A stretch of DNA of 64,000 nucleotides from Phyllosticta citribraziliensis (lineage: Eukaryota): assembly GCF_038025025.1 (NCBI RefSeq), contig NW_027117348.1:1-64000 (forward strand), in the 5' to 3' direction. This document shows, piece after piece, positions 59,710 to 64,000 of this stretch; positions within the stretch are counted from its first letter, which is position 1, and each line of letters opens with the position of its first letter. The notes under the pieces are model-generated. The model ran no database searches. It was not told the origin of the DNA and saw only the letters and a list, made by a program, of their open reading frames with translations. A program made the position numbers and the translations under genes.

Positions 59710-60861
59710 ATGCTTCTAAACAGTGAGTTCTGCCTCCGCCTGAAACCTCTGCCGCTTGCCGCTAACCACAGCCATCAGGAACGATGATTGCATGTGGAAC
59801 TGCTTGCTGCCTCGCTCTCGAGGCTCCCAACCGCCGAGCCGACAGTGCGGTATATAAGGACTGCGATCCTGAGTCTGTTGCCGAGAAGTCGAAAGCCGAA
59901 GAAGGTGAGTCTCCGCCGACATGCCGCCTTTGCCGTTTACTGACACAAACTGCCAGGAACCACGGCCAACCAGCATGAGGCTCGTGACGCTCTCTTTGGA
60001 ACCTGCGAGCTTGTCGGAAACATCGCGACTCAGCTGGTTCAGGTATCCGACTCGCCAGCCACACGCCTCCGAGACCTGAACAACCTCCGTCTCGCGAGCA
60101 CCCTCTGGAACCAAGCCATCACTGGAGAGCTTTCCGAGGCCAGGCAGCTCCTGTTCCAGCACCCAATCTCGACAACTGGCCTCCCGGTATACCCCAGGCC
60201 CGAGAGTGCTGAGATCCCGCTGCCCCGAGGCAACCTCCTTCTCGCAGAGAATTACCGCACGAATGCTGGCCTCGACCTGGCCATCAACGCCTGGGATGTG
60301 AAGTATAATCCGATCTTCAAGCACATCATCTTCCGTTTCCGCACCCAGCGACCAGGTCCCTACCCACACATCAATGACACGGTCAACATCAGGCTTGGAC
60401 GTGGAAGGGCTTCTCCCAGCGTCTGGATGGTGGTGACGAACCAGCCCGCGATCCCCAACATCGACGAGTCCGACCATTGGCACGTCGAGGTCAACATCAG
60501 GAACGCATCCCCGGGCAAGTTCGGTCGCGCAATTTGTGACCAATTCATCACCCAGCCTCCAGTCCAGAGCCTTCGTATTACCTTCCGCGCTGAGACTCCC
60601 ATCTTCGAGGGTTACGTGTGGTGCCCGGTGGTCACTGAGCCCACTGGTGTCAGGGTCTGGCACGTGCTCCAGGCCTTCCTCGACGCTCTGGTCCTCGAGG
60701 ATAACACGAACACAGAGCTGAGCGACCTCTACGCGCGTTCTTCGCCACAAGACCCCAAAGACGAGCCAAGCATTGACAATGGTCTCAGCCTCCCGCCTCT
60801 CCCCGATGACTCGGATGAGGACCTGAATGAGCCGACGGACGGCAACTCGGAGTCGTCCTAA
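59710..60861 (+). CDS. F-box-like protein
   Basis: After intron 59905-59956 the frame reads ARDALFGTCELVGNIATQL...RDLNNLRLASTLWNQAI...ARQLLFQHP and continues into ORF 60298-60861 (FITQPP motif); start uncertain (59710 or 59784). Confidence 0.65.
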
Positions 60862-60984
60862 GTCCAGAAGCAAGATACTCTTGGCTTCGCTGTCGTATTT
60901 GGTTTTGCAGGTTTTGATGGTGATTGGAGGACGACCCTTGTTTTTCACCTTCCATTCGCCTTCTTTTCTTCTTCTTTGCTTCTC

Positions 60985-61572
60985 ATGTACGTATATAGCA
61001 TCAATGCTAGGACCAAAAGCCTCTTCATCTCTCAGCCCCCGCTTCGCGATATCCTGTTTCGCTACCGGAGAAACCTGCCAGGTGCCTATCCCCGCGTGAA
61101 CGACATGATCAAGATCAAGCTGGGTGACAAGATGCTTTTTCCTCTCTTCTGGTTCTGGGTCGCGAACCAGTCCGCGCGCCACGACCTCGATAATCCTTAC
61201 GGCAAGACTATTGAAATAAATGTCAAGACCAACCGCCAGAACAAGTTCGGCCGCGTCATCTGCGACCAATTCATCTCTCAGCCTCCAATTTGCGAGATGA
61301 AGGTCACCTTCCTGTGTGAGAGCCCTCTTTTTGAGGGATACAGGTGGATCGTGAAGGTGGCCGAGCCCACTGGCGTGAGGGTTTGGCACATTCTCCAAGC
61401 CCTTCTCGACGCCTTCGACCCTGAAGGCGATCCCAGTGACCTCCGCGACCTGTACCAGCACAACGTCGGCGAAGTCAACATGGACAACGACTTGGGAAAC
61501 CTGCCGCCTCTTCCTGACGACTCTGATGAAGACCTCCACGAGCCTGCGGGCGACAGCTCGGAGTCGTGCTGA
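60985..61572 (+). CDS. Tandem paralogue of the C-terminal domain of the upstream gene, lacking the F-box-like region
   Basis: KFGRVICDQFISQPP, EPTGVRVWHILQALLDA and LPPLPDDSDEDLHEP nearly match the upstream copy; frame open. Confidence 0.7.
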   Translation: MYVYSINARTKSLFISQPPLRDILFRYRRNLPGAYPRVNDMIKIKLGDKMLFPLFWFWVANQSARHDLDNPYGKTIEINVKTNRQNKFGRVICDQFISQPPICEMKVTFLCESPLFEGYRWIVKVAEPTGVRVWHILQALLDAFDPEGDPSDLRDLYQHNVGEVNMDNDLGNLPPLPDDSDEDLHEPAGDSSESC

Positions 61573-62525
61573 TCATCTCGACGTTGCCAAAGGGGCTTGC
61601 CTCTTCCACATTCCTCATTTCGACGTTTGTAAGCAAGATACCCTCACCTTTCTTGCCCTCTTTGGCCTCGCAAAGTTCGACGAATATGGTGACGGCGGTG
61701 GAGATTGGGAGACGTCCGCGGTTGCTTTAGCCAGGTTTGCACTTTTTTCCCCTTGTCATGTACGTAAGTAGCATTGGACTTCCAACTCCGCATCTTGCCA
61801 CAGGATGTGCCGTCCTTGGAGTGGTTTTCTTCATCCTCAGGGCGTTTGCGGTAGACAAGACTACCAATGGATCAGTCTTCTCTCTTACTTGCTTAGTGAT
61901 TCAGGCATGCGTGCTCTGTGGCATAATGGGAAGAATGGTCACTCAAACCGCCAACAAGTGTCCGGCTTCGCGGCTGGAAACACTTCGACCATGCCAGCCA
62001 CCGCCCCTCCCCCGACTTGATACTGACTGGCATCAGCAGCGCCGAAACACTCCCCAGATTCTTTCGCCATGTCCTCCCCTGGGCCGAACTGATTGGACAC
62101 AGCGCAGCCTTGCCGGCCCTAACCTTCACCAAGCCCCGCATTGCGTTCTCAATGTGAAGATTGCTCAGTGAAAAGCGCCACGAAGGCACGCCATGACAAC
62201 TCCGAATCGCTGAAAGGCCAACGCGGAAGGCTTCGGGACGATAGACGCGTATGCGAGACTTTGAACGCGTTTCCCCTGGCAAAGCTGCGGCCACGTACTG
62301 CGTTGCAGCCGTTTTCTCGACAGCGAAGTTGCTGAATGTGGTGATCTGCTTTCAATCAACTTCGACCGCCAGGAACCGAGAACATGGGCAAAGAACAGCA
62401 TTTTTGGTCGCGACAAAACGAAGCCTTCGCGTGAAAGATGCTACAAAAGGCTGTCGTGTCGATACCTGAGGTACTCAAGACACTTGGATCCTCTTGGTCA
62501 TATTGAGACTCCCAGCAGCAACGAG

Positions 62526-62733
62526 CAACAAAGAAGCCATGAACAAACGGTCGTTTGTCTCGGCTTTCCCACCAGCATCAGCACAAACCTCGCGCCAGCG
62601 GAACAAAGAAGACGACATCTCAAAACGCACCCCAATAGCCAGAAGTCTCCTTTCACAATCTACTCGCCCGCCGGGAAATCATTTCTCGGCATTATTGACA
62701 CCTGCAGACCCTCAGCGTTGCTCACGCTATAAA
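62526..62733 (+). promoter_or_regulatory. Putative pheromone-gene promoter: two HMG-box sites (AACAAAGAA) and a TATA box
   Basis: CAACAAAGAA 62526-62535; GAACAAAGAA 62601-62610 (reverse complement TTCTTTGTTC, TR-box consensus); TATAAA 62728-62733. Confidence 0.65.
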
Positions 62734-62847
62734 GCCCACCGCGTCGTCGACAGCATACGCCTTTTCCTTTCCACCAGCACACGCACGCGCACACTCTCAC
62801 TATCCAAACCAACACCCACACTCGCTTCCAGCAACCAACAATTCAAA

Positions 62848-62907
62848 ATGGGCCGCAAGTGGAACCCCATGAAGAACGACAACACCAAGTACTGCACCGT
62901 CATGTAA
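62848..62907 (+). CDS. mfa1: a-factor-like lipopeptide mating pheromone precursor (MGRKWNPMKNDNTKYCTVM)
   Basis: 19 codons ending in CAAX (CTVM) with preceding Tyr; TTCAAAATG start context; C/A-rich leader; codon bias typical of highly expressed genes; TATA upstream. Confidence 0.85.
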   Translation: MGRKWNPMKNDNTKYCTVM

Positions 62908-64000
62908 AGCCGCCCTCGCGGGACGCACACGACGCACGCGGCGACTCCGACGCGGCCTAGCCATCGAATGCACACGACGGGGCCTAGGATGCGGACAAGT
63001 TCCGAGACGCAGGGACGGGCAGGAGGGGTGTCGTCCTGCGTTTTGAGGTCGCCTGCTTGGGAGATGAAGATTCGATGATTCGATAGGGGGAAGATGGGAA
63101 GGGGGCGCTGTGGGATAGGAGAGAAAATCAGAAAATGGAGCGGTGCGGCAGGTTGCTCAATCTGTTGGGCGGCCGTCGCACTTTCAAAACCCAACTGCTT
63201 TTGTGCCTTGTGCTGAGTGCTTCGCGAATGGACGGCGGCTTCAGGGCTGCTGTGGAGGATGCTGGGAATGGAGCGTACACGACTCCCTTTCCAAGACTCT
63301 TTAGCACTGGTGAAGACCACAGATGGTGGCTCCACAGTCACGGGCACAAAAAGTCGACTGCTGATGAGAATAGGTTGAGCACACTGGCCGATGCTACCGT
63401 ACCACGCCAAAGCCGCACTGCGCCAGCACCTGAAGCAAGACCGAGCCCTTTTGAACTCCAGGAGAAGAAAGAGCTGATAAGAATAGGTAAGGGGACAGAC
63501 CAAGCGCTCGTTATGCCGTTATCCCCTGCGGTGCTGTGCAGCTGAGGCAGTTTGCGGCGCATATCGCACACGGCGTTCCGTTGGAGCTACTCGGGCACAA
63601 CGAGGCGCATGAACAGATGAGACTTTGCCTGGAACTCGATGTCGAGGGGGTCTCAGGCATTGGTGTCTGACGGGGAAGTTTGTTGCAGCCGTGGGTTGGA
63701 CTAGAAATGCCACATATGGCCTCCTCAGAGCAACTTGAACTCGACGGGGTGCTCAAACTTGATGAGGCGCTTCGAAGCACGGCAGCCTGCGGAAGACTCA
63801 TCGTTGAGCGCGACGCGTGTAGTGACGTCTGGCTGGGGAGTCTGCTTAAGCTTTGCATTTGATGACCTGTAGAGTCGAGTGAACATGTCGATGATGAGCC
63901 GCTCGTCAAGAGCTCGTCCTCCAAGGGGTCTTGTAGATCGAGCAGTACGCGAGCCAACAATTTGAGCCTGGAAAAGGTACTTGGACGCTCCTCCCTTGGT

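Noticed and set aside
59716..61539. 607-aa minus-strand ORF spanning the duplicated genes
   Set aside because: Antisense of the plus-strand pair, which has splice signals, codon bias and family motifs
62494..62907. 137-aa ORF ending in CTVM as a long prenylated protein
   Set aside because: Non-ATG start and it runs through the TATA/leader; the real unit is most likely the final 19 codons
63511..64000. Possible 3' end of a minus-strand gene at the window edge
   Set aside because: Two frames are partly open, neither has a recognisable motif; cannot be assigned

Overview
Left end of a chromosome from a filamentous ascomycete (Pezizomycotina-type genes, very short 43-65 nt introns with CTRAC branch sites). 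It opens with a (TAACCC)16 telomere and about 2 kb of AT-rich, apparently RIP-degraded DNA. About 24 genes or pseudogenes follow. The first group is a single-pass cell-surface protein with a repeated tail, a decayed GRDP-family gene, a secreted L-asparaginase, a large putatively myristoylated protein and a SET-domain protein. Next is a ~21 kb putative aromatic/gentisate catabolism cluster (P450, SMP-30 lactonase, MFS transporter, FAD monooxygenase, methyltransferase, FAH-family hydrolase, Zn2Cys6 regulator, gentisate 1,2-dioxygenase). After it come two paralogues of an uncharacterised family flanking a ~1440-codon gene broken by one in-frame TGA, several orphan genes, and an F-box-like gene with an F-box-less tandem copy. 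Near the end is a 19-codon CAAX lipopeptide (a-factor-like pheromone) gene with HMG-box sites upstream. The most notable observations are an apparent AT-AC intron in the P450, the pheromone micro-ORF, the catabolic cluster, a GC-AG intron and the internal TGA. All family calls come from motif recognition by eye; no searches were run.
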